DNA of 62,855 nucleotides, the filler included. It is 10 parts of 10 records of this genome, joined end to end, with 100 filler letters (N's around TTAATTAATTAA, not from the genome) between each part and the next. Parts side by side here need not be neighbours in the genome. Positions count along the whole stretch, not along the records: positions 8,904 to 14,401 come from SRR11831586_99; positions 14,502 to 27,301 come from SRR11831586_106; 8 more parts are not named here. The stretch is one strand, 5' to 3'. The notes under the pieces are model-generated. The model was not told the DNA's origin. It was given only the letters and a program-made list of their open reading frames with translations, and did not search any database. A program made the position numbers and the translations under genes. Shown in pieces: positions 12,040-21,542 of the stretch; the stretch's first letter is position 1, and each line of letters begins with the position of its first letter.

Positions 12040-13320
12040 TTAAACGCCCAGACGATCGCGCAGGCTGTAATACGCCGCGCCCATCGCGGTAAACGGCACA
12101 CGCAGCGTGCGCCCGCCGGGGAACGGGTAATGCGGCAGATTGGCGAAGGCATCGAAACGTTCGGCGTCGCCGCGCAGCAGTTCGGCAATCAAACGTCCGG
12201 CTAGATGAGTACAGGTCACGCCGTGGCCGCTGTAGCCCTGCATGTAATAGATGTTGGTATCGAGGCGACCAAACTGCGGCATACGCGACAGGGTCAGCAG
12301 GAAGTTGCCCGTCCAGCGGTAATCAATTTTCACGCCCTTCAGCTGCGGGAAGGTTTTCAGCAGTTTCGGCACCACAAGGCGCTCAACGTCATCCGGGTCG
12401 CGCGCGCCGTAGACCACGCCGCCGCCGTACAGCAGGCGGTTGTCGGCGGTAAGACGGTAGTAATCAAGCAGATAGTTACAGTCTTCCACACAGTAGTTTT
12501 TCGGGATCAGCGAACGGGCTAAATCTTCCGACAGCCGTTCGGTGGTGATCACCTGCGTGCCGCACGGCATGCTGCGTTTCGCCAGTTCCGGCTCTACTTT
12601 ATCGCCCAGATACGCATTCCCGGCGACAATCACATACTTCGCCGTCACCTGACCTTTGGCAGTTCGCACAACGGCTGGCGTGGTGTGCTGGATCTGCGTC
12701 ACGGCAGAAAGTTCATACACGCGCCCGCCGTTGAGGCGGATGGCGTCCGCTTCGCCAATGGCAAGGTTTAGCGGATGAATATGCCCACCGCTGTGATCCA
12801 GCAGCGCACCGGTATAGCGATCGCTGGCTACTTCACGGCGAATGGCGTTGGCGTCCAGCAATTCCAGCTGTTTATTGCCGTAGCGTTCCCAGTTCTCTTT
12901 CTGCTCTTCAAGTGTGGCGAGCTGTTTATCATTCATCGCCACAAACAGGCCGCCGGGGCGGTAGTCGCAGTCAATCTGATAACGTTTGATACGTTCGCGG
13001 ATGATCTCACCACCTTCGAACATCATGCTGCCGAGCATACGGGCGGTGTCCATGCCGTAGCTTTTTTCGATCACGTCGATGTCGCGGCTGTAGGAGTTCA
13101 CAAGCTGTCCGCCATTGCGCCCGCTTGCGCCAAAGCCGATGCGTGAGGCTTCGAGAACCACTACGTCAAAGCCCGCTTCCGCCAGATGCAGCGCGGAGGA
13201 GAGCCCGGTATAGCCGCCGCCAACCACGCAAACGTCGCAGGTGATTGACTCATTCAGCGTGTCGAATGGTGCATATTTATTCGCACTGGCGGCGTAGTAA
13301 CTGCTGGTATGTTCGGTCAT
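12040..13320 (-). CDS. puuB: Gamma-glutamylputrescine oxidase
   Basis: 426 aa FAD-dependent (GGGYTG; GASGRNGG). Confidence 0.95.
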   Translation of the reverse strand: MTEHTSSYYAASANKYAPFDTLNESITCDVCVVGGGYTGLSSALHLAEAGFDVVVLEASRIGFGASGRNGGQLVNSYSRDIDVIEKSYGMDTARMLGSMMFEGGEIIRERIKRYQIDCDYRPGGLFVAMNDKQLATLEEQKENWERYGNKQLELLDANAIRREVASDRYTGALLDHSGGHIHPLNLAIGEADAIRLNGGRVYELSAVTQIQHTTPAVVRTAKGQVTAKYVIVAGNAYLGDKVEPELAKRSMPCGTQVITTERLSEDLARSLIPKNYCVEDCNYLLDYYRLTADNRLLYGGGVVYGARDPDDVERLVVPKLLKTFPQLKGVKIDYRWTGNFLLTLSRMPQFGRLDTNIYYMQGYSGHGVTCTHLAGRLIAELLRGDAERFDAFANLPHYPFPGGRTLRVPFTAMGAAYYSLRDRLGV

Positions 13321-13321
13321 T

Positions 13322-14401
13322 TCAGGCCTCCAGGCTTATCCAGATGGTTTTCAGTTCAGTGAATTTTTCAAGGGCATGCAGGGATTTGTCGCGACCGTTG
13401 CCGCTCTGCTTATAGCCGCCAAACGGCACGGTCATATCGCCGTCGTTGTAGTTATTGACGAAGACGGAACCGGCTTTCAGGCGTCGGCTCATGCGGTGCG
13501 CGCGGGAGAGGTCGCGCGTCCATACCGCCGCGCCAAGGCCGTACTGGCTGTCGTTGGCAAGCTGTAGCGCCTGTTCTTCTGATGTGAAACGCGTGACCAC
13601 CAGCACCGGACCGAAAATCTCTTCGCGACTTAAGGACGCATTCGGGTCCACATCCACAAAGATGGTCGGGCCGATGGCGGCAGCCAGCCCGGCGTTACGG
13701 CCATCCAACAACAGTTGCCCTTTGCTTTCGCCTTCCCGAATAAAGCTATGGACCGAGTCGGCGTGGGCGCAGTCGATTAAGGTGCCCATGGTGGTTGCGG
13801 GATCAAGTGGATGGCCCGGCTGCCAGTTTTGCGCCTGCTGTTTTAACAGGGCTAAGAATTCATCGGCGATGCTCTCTTCCAGCAACAGGCGCGTTCCGGC
13901 GATGCACACCTGTCCCTGGTTGTAGAAAATGCCTGCTGCGGTGGCGCTTGCCGCCTGTTGCAAATCCGGGCAGTCAGCGAAAACGATGTTGGCGCTTTTG
14001 CCGCCCGCTTCCAGCCAGACGCGTTTCATGTTGCTGTCGCCCGCATCTTTCAGCAGCTGTTTCCCGGTACGGGTTGAACCGGTAAAGGCAATGGCGTCGA
14101 TATCGTTATGACGCGACAGCGCCTGCCCGGCTTCATGACCAAAACCCGTCACCACGTTCAACACACCATCCGGCAAGCCTGCTTCTTTCGCCAGCCCCGC
14201 GAGACGAATCGCACTGAGCGGTGATTTTTCAGACGGTTTTAGAATCACGCTGTTTCCCGCCGCCAGCGCCGGGCCGAGTTTCCAGCAAGTCAGCAACAGC
14301 GGGAAGTTCCACGGCACGATGGCGGCAATCACGCCGACCGGTTCACGCACGATCATCGCCAGCTCATGGCTACTGGTGGTCGCCACTTCGCCATACACTT
14401 T
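13322..14401 (-). CDS. puuC: Aldehyde dehydrogenase (5' truncated)
   Basis: PWNFP, LEAGGKS, catalytic Cys and EEIFGP motifs. Confidence 0.95.
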   Translation of the reverse strand, partial: KVYGEVATTSSHELAMIVREPVGVIAAIVPWNFPLLLTCWKLGPALAAGNSVILKPSEKSPLSAIRLAGLAKEAGLPDGVLNVVTGFGHEAGQALSRHNDIDAIAFTGSTRTGKQLLKDAGDSNMKRVWLEAGGKSANIVFADCPDLQQAASATAAGIFYNQGQVCIAGTRLLLEESIADEFLALLKQQAQNWQPGHPLDPATTMGTLIDCAHADSVHSFIREGESKGQLLLDGRNAGLAAAIGPTIFVDVDPNASLSREEIFGPVLVVTRFTSEEQALQLANDSQYGLGAAVWTRDLSRAHRMSRRLKAGSVFVNNYNDGDMTVPFGGYKQSGNGRDKSLHALEKFTELKTIWISLEA

Positions 14402-14501
14402 NNNNNNNNNNNNNNNNNNNNNNNNNNNNNNNNNNNNNNNNNNNNTTAATTAATTAANNNNNNNNNNNNNNNNNNNNNNNNNNNNNNNNNNNNNNNNNNN
14501 N
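14402..14501. other. Artificial contig linker
   Basis: N44-TTAATTAATTAA-N44. Confidence 0.99.
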
Positions 14502-14510
14502 ACCAGGAAA

Positions 14511-14533
14511 CATATTTCATGATGAGAATTATG
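14511..14533. promoter_or_regulatory. NagC operator (distal) in the fimB-nanC intergenic region
   Basis: Imperfect palindrome CATATTTCATGATGAGAATTATG, 212 nt from a similar site at 14723. Confidence 0.65.
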
Positions 14534-14722
14534 CTCAGCCTGATGGCGGGTAAACACTGATTTTCACCAAGCTCACTGAGTTAGCTTGCAAAGCTCCCCT
14601 TGTTTAGACTCTTAATAAATTATTTATAAAACAAATAGTTAAACTAAGATCTTTAGTTTTTGAAGACCACCGCAAGTGTTCGTCTGGCTTCACATGGCAT
14701 CTTCCTCTTAGAAAAAGATCGA

Positions 14723-14745
14723 CATATTTTGTGACACGAATTGCA
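14723..14745. promoter_or_regulatory. NagC operator (proximal)
   Basis: CATATTTTGTGACACGAATTGCA next to a GATC site. Confidence 0.65.
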
Positions 14746-14779
14746 AATCTGGTTTTGTTGTATGGATTGCGTGATTTTT

Positions 14780-14807
14780 GATCTGGTATAACAGGTATAA
14801 AGGTGCA
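14780..14807 (+). promoter_or_regulatory. NanR operator
   Basis: GATCT-GGTATA-aca-GGTATA-aa-GGTGCA direct repeats upstream of nanC. Confidence 0.8.
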
Positions 14808-15225
14808 CCAAGATAGTCAATGAGACAGGGCATCTCGCAATCTATGGCAAACATCACTTCAGTTCTTTCTCATCGGGTGATGAAAACGCACTTCAGTCTG
14901 AAAGGAATATGAAAATGAGATCAACAGACATTCTATTTTATGACTCTGGGTAAAATGGATTGAGTAAGTGATATAGCTTACGAACATTCAAATCAATTAA
15001 ACATCAGAAGAGATTTTATACTCAGGTATTTAATCTGGATCTCTGTTTATTTAAATAATGTGAAAAGAGATTTTTCACAGGAGACCTTATACAAAAAAAT
15101 ATAAAATACAGCTACCGGTTGCCAAAGACACTATAAGCCTGGCAAAAAAATATTACACAACATAAATGCTAATTGTTTATGCGGGCTTTGTATTGCTTTC
15201 TGTATCCTACAAATGAGTGAAATTT

Positions 15226-15941
15226 ATGAAAAAGGCTAAAATACTTTCTGGCGTATTATTACTGTGCTTTTCGTCCCCATTAATTTCTCAGGCTGCGACA
15301 CTGGACGTACGTGGTGGATATCGTAGTGGAAGCCACGCCTATGAGACTCGACTCAAAGTCAGTGAGGGATGGCAAAATGGATGGTGGGCAAGCATGGAAA
15401 GTAATACCTGGAATACCATTCATGATAATAAAAAGGAAAATGCCGCACTCAATGATGTTCAGGTTGAAGTTAATTACGCGATTAAACTTGATGATCAATG
15501 GACGGTGCGCCCGGGAATGTTAACGCATTTTAGCAGCAACGGCACACGCTACGGACCCTACGTAAAACTGTCCTGGGACGCGACAAAGATCTTAATTTTG
15601 GCATTCGCTATCGTTACGACTGGAAAGCTTACCGACAACAAGACTTATCCGGTGATATGTCTCGTGATAACGTTCATCGTTGGGATGGATATGTCACTTA
15701 CCATATTAATAGTGATTTCACCTTCGCATGGCAAACGACGCTATACAGCAAACAGAACGATTATCGCTATGCAAACCATAAGAAATGGGCGACGGAAAAT
15801 GCATTTGTTCTACAATACCATATGACGCCCGATATTACGCCATACATAGAATATGACTACCTTGACCGTCAGGGTGTTTACAACGGCAGAGATAATTTAT
15901 CGGAAAACAGTTATCGCATTGGTGTGTCATTTAAACTGTAG
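15226..15941 (+). CDS. nanC: Sialic acid outer membrane channel (apparent 1-nt deletion at about 15586)
   Basis: N-terminal half MKKAKILSG...DATK and C-terminal half ...GVSFKL are in different frames; span is 716 nt. Confidence 0.92.
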
Positions 15942-15960
15942 TAGACAGGAGACAGTCACA

Positions 15961-17067
15961 ATGAATAAAACAATAACGGCGCTTGCTATCATGATGGCTT
16001 CATTTGCCGCAAACGCGTCTGTATTACCGGAAACTCCTGTGCCATTTAAAAGTGGTACCGGAGCAATTGATAACGACACTGTCTACATTGGTTTAGGTAG
16101 CGCAGGTACGGCATGGTACAAGCTGGATACACAGGCCAAAGATAAAAAATGGACAGCGTTAGCTGCATTCCCTGGCGGACCAAGAGATCAAGCAACCTCT
16201 GCATTTATTGATGGCAATCTGTATGTGTTTGGCGGCATTGGCAAAAACAGCGAGGGCTTGACTCAGGTATTTAATGACGTACACAAATACAACCCCAAAA
16301 CCAATAGTTGGGTTAAATTGATGTCGCACGCGCCGATGGGCATGGCGGGCCATGTGACTTTTGTACACAACGGCAAGGCTTATGTTACTGGTGGTGTTAA
16401 CCAGAATATCTTCAATGGCTATTTTGAAGATCTCAACGAGGCTGGAAAAGATTCAACCGCTATAGATAAAATCAATGCTCACTATTTTGACAAAAAAGCA
16501 GAAGATTATTTCTTCAATAAGTTTCTGTTGTCTTTTGATCCCTCAACACAGCAATGGAGTTACGCTGGCGAATCGCCCTGGTACGGAACGGCTGGTGCGG
16601 CGGTTGTGAATAAAGGTGATAAAACCTGGCTTATTAATGGCGAAGCCAAACCAGGATTGCGAACGGATGCCGTATTTGAACTTGATTTCACCGGTAATAA
16701 TTTAAAATGGAATAAGCTTGCTCCCGTCTCATCACCAGATGGCGTAGCTGGCGGTTTTGCGGGGATAAGCAATGATTCTCTTATATTTGCCGGAGGGGCC
16801 GGATTCAAAGGTTCACGAGAAAATTACCAGAACGGTAAGAACTATGCGCATGAAGGCCTGAAAAAATCATATAGCACTGATATTCATCTTTGGCATAACG
16901 GGAAATGGGATAAATCGGGTGAATTATCGCAAGGTCGGGCCTACGGAGTATCATTGCCCTGGAATAATAGTCTATTGATTATTGGCGGTGAAACTGCAGG
17001 CGGCAAAGCGGTGACGGATTCAGTTTTGATCACTGTGAAGGATAATAAAGTCACAGTACAAAACTAA
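15961..17067 (+). CDS. nanM: N-acetylneuraminate mutarotase (Kelch repeats)
   Basis: MNKTITALA signal peptide, 368 aa, GG-containing Kelch repeats. Confidence 0.95.
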   Translation: MNKTITALAIMMASFAANASVLPETPVPFKSGTGAIDNDTVYIGLGSAGTAWYKLDTQAKDKKWTALAAFPGGPRDQATSAFIDGNLYVFGGIGKNSEGLTQVFNDVHKYNPKTNSWVKLMSHAPMGMAGHVTFVHNGKAYVTGGVNQNIFNGYFEDLNEAGKDSTAIDKINAHYFDKKAEDYFFNKFLLSFDPSTQQWSYAGESPWYGTAGAAVVNKGDKTWLINGEAKPGLRTDAVFELDFTGNNLKWNKLAPVSSPDGVAGGFAGISNDSLIFAGGAGFKGSRENYQNGKNYAHEGLKKSYSTDIHLWHNGKWDKSGELSQGRAYGVSLPWNNSLLIIGGETAGGKAVTDSVLITVKDNKVTVQN

Positions 17068-17072
17068 CGCTT

Positions 17073-17097
17073 CAGGGCCCCGGTAAAGGGGCCCTGC
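17073..17097 (+). other. Intergenic GC hairpin between nanM and nanS
   Basis: CAGGGCCCC-ggtaaa-GGGGCCCTG with no U tract. Confidence 0.6.
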
Positions 17098-17131
17098 TAT
17101 CAATTTGTCATTTCAATTACGCGAAATTTAT

Positions 17132-18112
17132 ATGAACGCAATAATATCGCCCGATTATTACTATGTTCTTACCGTTGCTGGTCAGTCTAATGCCATGGCG
17201 TATGGCGAAGGACTGCCATTACCGGACAGGGAAGATGCGCCTCATCCCAGAATTAAACAATTAGCGAGATTTGCGCATACGCATCCCGGAGGCCCGCCAT
17301 GTCACTTTAACGACATTATTCCACTGACTCACTGCCCACACGATGTTCAGGATATGCAGGGTTATCACCATCCTCTGGCAACGAATCATCAAACACAGTA
17401 CGGCACCGTTGGCCAGGCACTGCATATTGCACGGAAATTACTGCCCTTCATTCCTGATAATGCAGGGATTCTTATCGTTCCGTGTTGCCGTGGCGGATCG
17501 GCTTTTACCGCGGGCAGCGAAGGGACATATTCAGAACGGCACGGAGCCAGCCATGATGCTTGTCGTTGGGGAACGGATACTCCGCTGTACCAGGATTTAG
17601 TCAGCAGAACGCGAGCCGCACTGGCAAAAAATCCGCAGAACAAATTCCTCGGCGCATGCTGGATGCAAGGCGAATTTGACTTAATGACCAGTGACTACGC
17701 GTCACACCCTCAACACTTTAATCATATGGTTGAAGCCTTTCGTAGGGATCTAAAACAATACCATTCTCAGCTTAATAATATTACTGACGCGCCGTGGTTT
17801 TGCGGCGATACCACCTGGTACTGGAAAGAAAATTTCCCGCATTCGTATGAAGCTATTTATGGCAATTATCAAAATAATGTTTTAGCCAATATTATTTTCG
17901 TCGACTTCCAGCAACAAGGTGAAAGAGGACTGACGAACGCGCCTGATGAAGACCCGGACGATTTAAGCACGGGATATTACGGTTCAGCGTACCGGTCACC
18001 GGAGAACTGGACGACGGCACTGCGAAGCAGTCATTTCAGCACTGCAGCCCGTCGGGGGATTATTTCTGACAGATTTGTAGAAGCAATTTTGCAGTTTTGG
18101 CGCGAAAGGTGA
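17132..18112 (+). CDS. nanS: 9-O-acetyl-N-acetylneuraminate esterase
   Basis: 326 aa SGNH/SASA fold: AGQSNA, WMQGEFD, RSSH. Confidence 0.95.
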   Translation: MNAIISPDYYYVLTVAGQSNAMAYGEGLPLPDREDAPHPRIKQLARFAHTHPGGPPCHFNDIIPLTHCPHDVQDMQGYHHPLATNHQTQYGTVGQALHIARKLLPFIPDNAGILIVPCCRGGSAFTAGSEGTYSERHGASHDACRWGTDTPLYQDLVSRTRAALAKNPQNKFLGACWMQGEFDLMTSDYASHPQHFNHMVEAFRRDLKQYHSQLNNITDAPWFCGDTTWYWKENFPHSYEAIYGNYQNNVLANIIFVDFQQQGERGLTNAPDEDPDDLSTGYYGSAYRSPENWTTALRSSHFSTAARRGIISDRFVEAILQFWRER

Positions 18113-18197
18113 GCGGGGAGTTTATTCATGGGGGATGTCCTTGTTCGTTCTCAGAGTAGACAACAAAAAACAAATGAGATCAAGGTAATATCTCTTC

Positions 18198-18490
18198 ACT
18201 TGCGGGCTCGAACAGCAGGCAATTGCCAATATAATAATCTGGCACAAGGGTGAAAAACGCGCACCGCATAAACCGTTGTTATTGCTTACAGATTAGCCGG
18301 ATGCCTTAATAGACATCCGCGCCTTTTCGATTATGGCTCGGAAATCTACGAACATCTACACAGTTTACTGGAACGTTTTGGGCCACAGCGTTCGCAGCAC
18401 CGTCCTGATATGCCGTTCTGGCGATTATAAGTCGACGGATTCTGGCAAATAGACGATGATGATATGCTTAATGATGTTCAAAGAAATTAG
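18198..18490 (+). pseudogene. Decayed sulfur-binding domain of a phosphorothioate-dependent (SBD-HNH type) restriction endonuclease
   Basis: Hand translation QQAIANIIIWHKGEKRAPHKPLLLL, frameshift near 18290, then HPRLFDYGSEIYEHLHSLLERFGPQRSQHRPDMPFWRL*VDGFWQ. Confidence 0.75.
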
Positions 18491-18605
18491 GCCATTATTA
18501 TATTATTGCTTGCATTTTCTTTCATTCCTAAAAGCACCCGCCATTAATCCCAGGCGCATTATGCAAAGGAAAATGATTAGGTAAACAATAAGATTTATAA
18601 TCAGG

Positions 18606-18641
18606 AAAGGCGACTCGCAATAAAACGGAAAGTCGCCTTAA
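18606..18641 (-). terminator. Possible terminator downstream of yjhR
   Basis: AAGGCGACT ... AGTCGCCTT inverted repeat with a long loop. Confidence 0.45.
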
Positions 18642-18694
18642 CATTGGTAAAATATGCCCTTTACTACTCCTGTATCATGAACGGCTCATCACAT

Positions 18695-19920
18695 TTAAAG
18701 CTGACGTTGATCCAGACTACCATATATTGCCTTTATTTCATTTTTTACGCCTTCACCACGGTACACCAAAGACGTATCGTATCGTTGATACTTATCTTCC
18801 CGTGTAGCACTGAACCAGTTAAAAGATCCGACACACAGCAGTTCTTCATCCTCAATCACAATTTTGCTGTGAACACGATTAACCAATTTCGTAGCGATAC
18901 CCATCTTATTGAGCTTTTCAACAGCATCATTCAGCAGATGTTGTTTCTCCTGACGCTTATCATCATCGACATGCGCTATATTGCAGTTTTTATCCGTCAC
19001 CACGGTAATATCAATGCCCCGGGAACGGGCCAAAGCCATTGATGCCAGAAATCCCGTTTGCTCCACTTTTTGCCAGGATAACCAAGGGGAAATAATCGTT
19101 ATTTTCTTTTGAGCTCCGGCAAGAGTCTTGTTCAAAAATTCATCATGCTGCTCCACACCATGCAGCGTTGAAATTTGTGTATGTGCGGAAATTAAATCCT
19201 GTCGTTTCTGAAACTCAAATTGCAACGCATTATTATCTGAAGAAAAGAGATATTTTGCCAATAACCCTCGCGGCGAAAATGCGGGCTGCATCTCGATAAG
19301 GTCCATATCGCCAAATACCAGAAAACTATCTTTAGCGCGTGAGACAGCAACATTGAGGATAGTGCTGTTGCTATCAAGAAACCTGCCATCTTCATGTTTT
19401 GAGTAGACAGGAGAAAAGAGAACAATCGCCCTTTCCGCCCCCTGCAAGGAGTGCACAGTCCCCACTGTCAGTAAACCCTGCTCGTCTTTGCCATTAATTT
19501 CCAGCTTACGCAATGACATTTTGATAGCATTAACCTGCGCCGAAAATGGCGTCACAACACCAACAACTTTGTACAGTGGTTCCCCGTAATGGCGCTCTAT
19601 ATCATCCTTATGTGCCACCAGCCATGCTGCTATTGTTTCAGCTTCAAGAGGGTTATGACGGCTCCCTCCATTTGGCTTCATGCCTCTACCATCAATATGT
19701 AAATATCCCATTGCGGGGAAAATCGTCCTTTTTCCATCCCTCTTTTAGGCTGCAACTTACCGTGATAGCAAAGTGAGTTACAGTAGTCGATGATGTTATT
19801 GAAACAGCGACGATGCTCATACAGATACATTCCGCGCTCGAACTTGGGATCATACTGGTAGTGAGAGTTGAACTGGGCTACCTGCATTACGCTGCCAGAT
19901 GCTGCACTTTTTCCAGACCC
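18695..19920 (-). pseudogene. yjhR: Truncated, frameshifted SF1 (DNA2/NAM7-like) helicase C-terminus fused to a PLD-like nuclease domain
   Basis: 338-aa ORF with [27 protein letters not shown] and [13 protein letters not shown]; upstream out-of-frame piece LYEHRRC (19678-19887); no Walker A half. Confidence 0.85.
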
Positions 19921-20029
19921 ATTTATTATCGAATACGGTGACCGCCTGAGCGGCCACCTTTAATCGTGGGCAGTTACACAGAATTATTTACAGGGTCTTG
20001 CTGGGAGTTCTTACACTTGCTCGCGATAT

Positions 20030-20296
20030 TCAATTGGCCATTGTCAACAAATGACGCAGGTTTTGATTGGTGATATCTATTTACGTCAGCAATGCGATGT
20101 GTTTTGGCTCGGCTATACCATCAGTCCCGCTTATGCTCGCCAGGGATATGCAATTGAAGCAATTACCGCCACGATTGACTGAATAAAAGAGAACGGTTTT
20201 TCACTCATCAAAGCCGGTGTGAATCCGGAAAATACCCTTTCAAAAAAATTACTTATCAGGATTGGCTTCAATTTTTCAAGCATCGAAGATGGGTGA
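20030..20296 (+). pseudogene. RimJ/RimL-type GNAT acetyltransferase remnant
   Basis: LIGDIYL..WLGYTISPAYARQGYAIEA..ID*IK..VNPENTLSKKLLIRIGF with an in-frame TGA at 20180. Confidence 0.75.
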
Positions 20297-20533
20297 GCAT
20301 ATTTATGTTCTGGATTTAACAAAAGGAGAATAATCTCCCGAAGGGAAAAGCCGATGAGGCCATTTCAGGCGTACTTCAACATGCATTCGTCAGTGTCATC
20401 TGCCTTTTCCAGTAAATGGGTTGGCATTCAATTTCCAAAGTACATCACACTTTTTCTACTGAAACATATCCCTCCTATAACTACGTGTTAATATTCGCTC
20501 CGTAAATACCTTTCAACTCAACCCGAGGCTTTG

Positions 20534-20560
20534 ATGCTGGAGAATGTAATCATCCGATAA
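20534..20560 (+). CDS. toiL: 8-codon regulatory leader peptide (MLENVIIR) upstream of topAI
   Basis: GAGG RBS then ATG CTG GAG AAT GTA ATC ATC CGA TAA; TAATCATC is complementary to GATGATTA just before the topAI start. Confidence 0.75.
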   Translation: MLENVIIR

Positions 20561-20672
20561 TCAGTTCCCCGACCTTTTCAGGCCGGACTGATTATCAATG
20601 CGCCGAAATCGAATGCGGACACCGCGGTGTGTTTGCACGTTTTGCACATGATGATTAAATAGGTTCTTCAGT

Positions 20673-20930
20673 ATGAATTTATCCCGTCAGGAACAACATA
20701 CCTTACACGTTCTCGCTAAAGGTAGACGTATTGCGCACGTCCGCGATTCTTCAGGCCGCGTCACTTCCGTTGAATGCTACAGCCGCGAAGGGCTGTTGCT
20801 GACCGACTGCACGCTCGCCGTCTTCAAAAAACTCAAAACCAAAAAACTTATCAAGTCCGTCAATGGCCAGCCCTATCGAATCAACACCACCGAGCTGAAT
20901 AAAGTTCGCGCTCAGCTCGATAATCGCTAA
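20673..20930 (+). CDS. topAI: Topoisomerase I inhibitor toxin (YjhX/UPF0386)
   Basis: 85 aa basic protein [17 protein letters not shown]. Confidence 0.92.
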   Translation: MNLSRQEQHTLHVLAKGRRIAHVRDSSGRVTSVECYSREGLLLTDCTLAVFKKLKTKKLIKSVNGQPYRINTTELNKVRAQLDNR

Positions 20931-20941
20931 GGAGAGTTTCT

Positions 20942-21487
20942 ATGACAGTACACCACTTCACTTTTCATATCACAGATAAAAGTGATGCCAGTGATATCCG
21001 GGAAGTCGAAACCCGCGCATTTGGCTTCAGCAAAGAAGCCGATTTAGTGGCCTCTTTACTTGAGGATGAAAGCGCGCGCCCCGCGTTATCGCTGCTAGCC
21101 CGGTATGAAGGCAAAGCCGTCGGGCATATTTTATTTACCCGGGCAACCTTCAAAGGAGAAATGGATTCACCGTTGATGCACATCCTCGCTCCCCTGGCGG
21201 TCATACCGGAATACCAAGGGATGGGCGTGGGAGGACGGTTGATACGCACTGGCATCGAGCACCTGAGGTTGATGGGCTGCCAGACGGTTTTTGTTCTCGG
21301 CCACGCCACCTATTACCCCCGACATGGGTTCGAACCCTGTGCCGGAGACAAAGGCTATCCGGCACCTTATCCCATCCCGGAGGAGCACAAAGCCTGCTGG
21401 ATGATGCAATCACTCACCGCTCAGCCCATGACCCTGACCGGCCACATCCGGTGCGCAGACCCTGATGAAACCGGAGCACTGACGTGA
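20942..21487 (+). CDS. yjhQ: GNAT acetyltransferase / TopAI antitoxin
   Basis: 181 aa; LAPLAVIPEYQGMGVG and YYPRHGF. Confidence 0.92.
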   Translation: MTVHHFTFHITDKSDASDIREVETRAFGFSKEADLVASLLEDESARPALSLLARYEGKAVGHILFTRATFKGEMDSPLMHILAPLAVIPEYQGMGVGGRLIRTGIEHLRLMGCQTVFVLGHATYYPRHGFEPCAGDKGYPAPYPIPEEHKACWMMQSLTAQPMTLTGHIRCADPDETGALT

Positions 21488-21542
21488 ATAACAATCTTGT
21501 TGTGTCCTTTTTAAGGCTTAACCCAATAACAGGAATTAAATA

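Noticed and set aside
18644-19042. 132-aa plus-strand ORF as the missing HNH domain of the SBD remnant
   Set aside because: It is antisense to the yjhR PLD domain and shows no HNH or CxxC motifs
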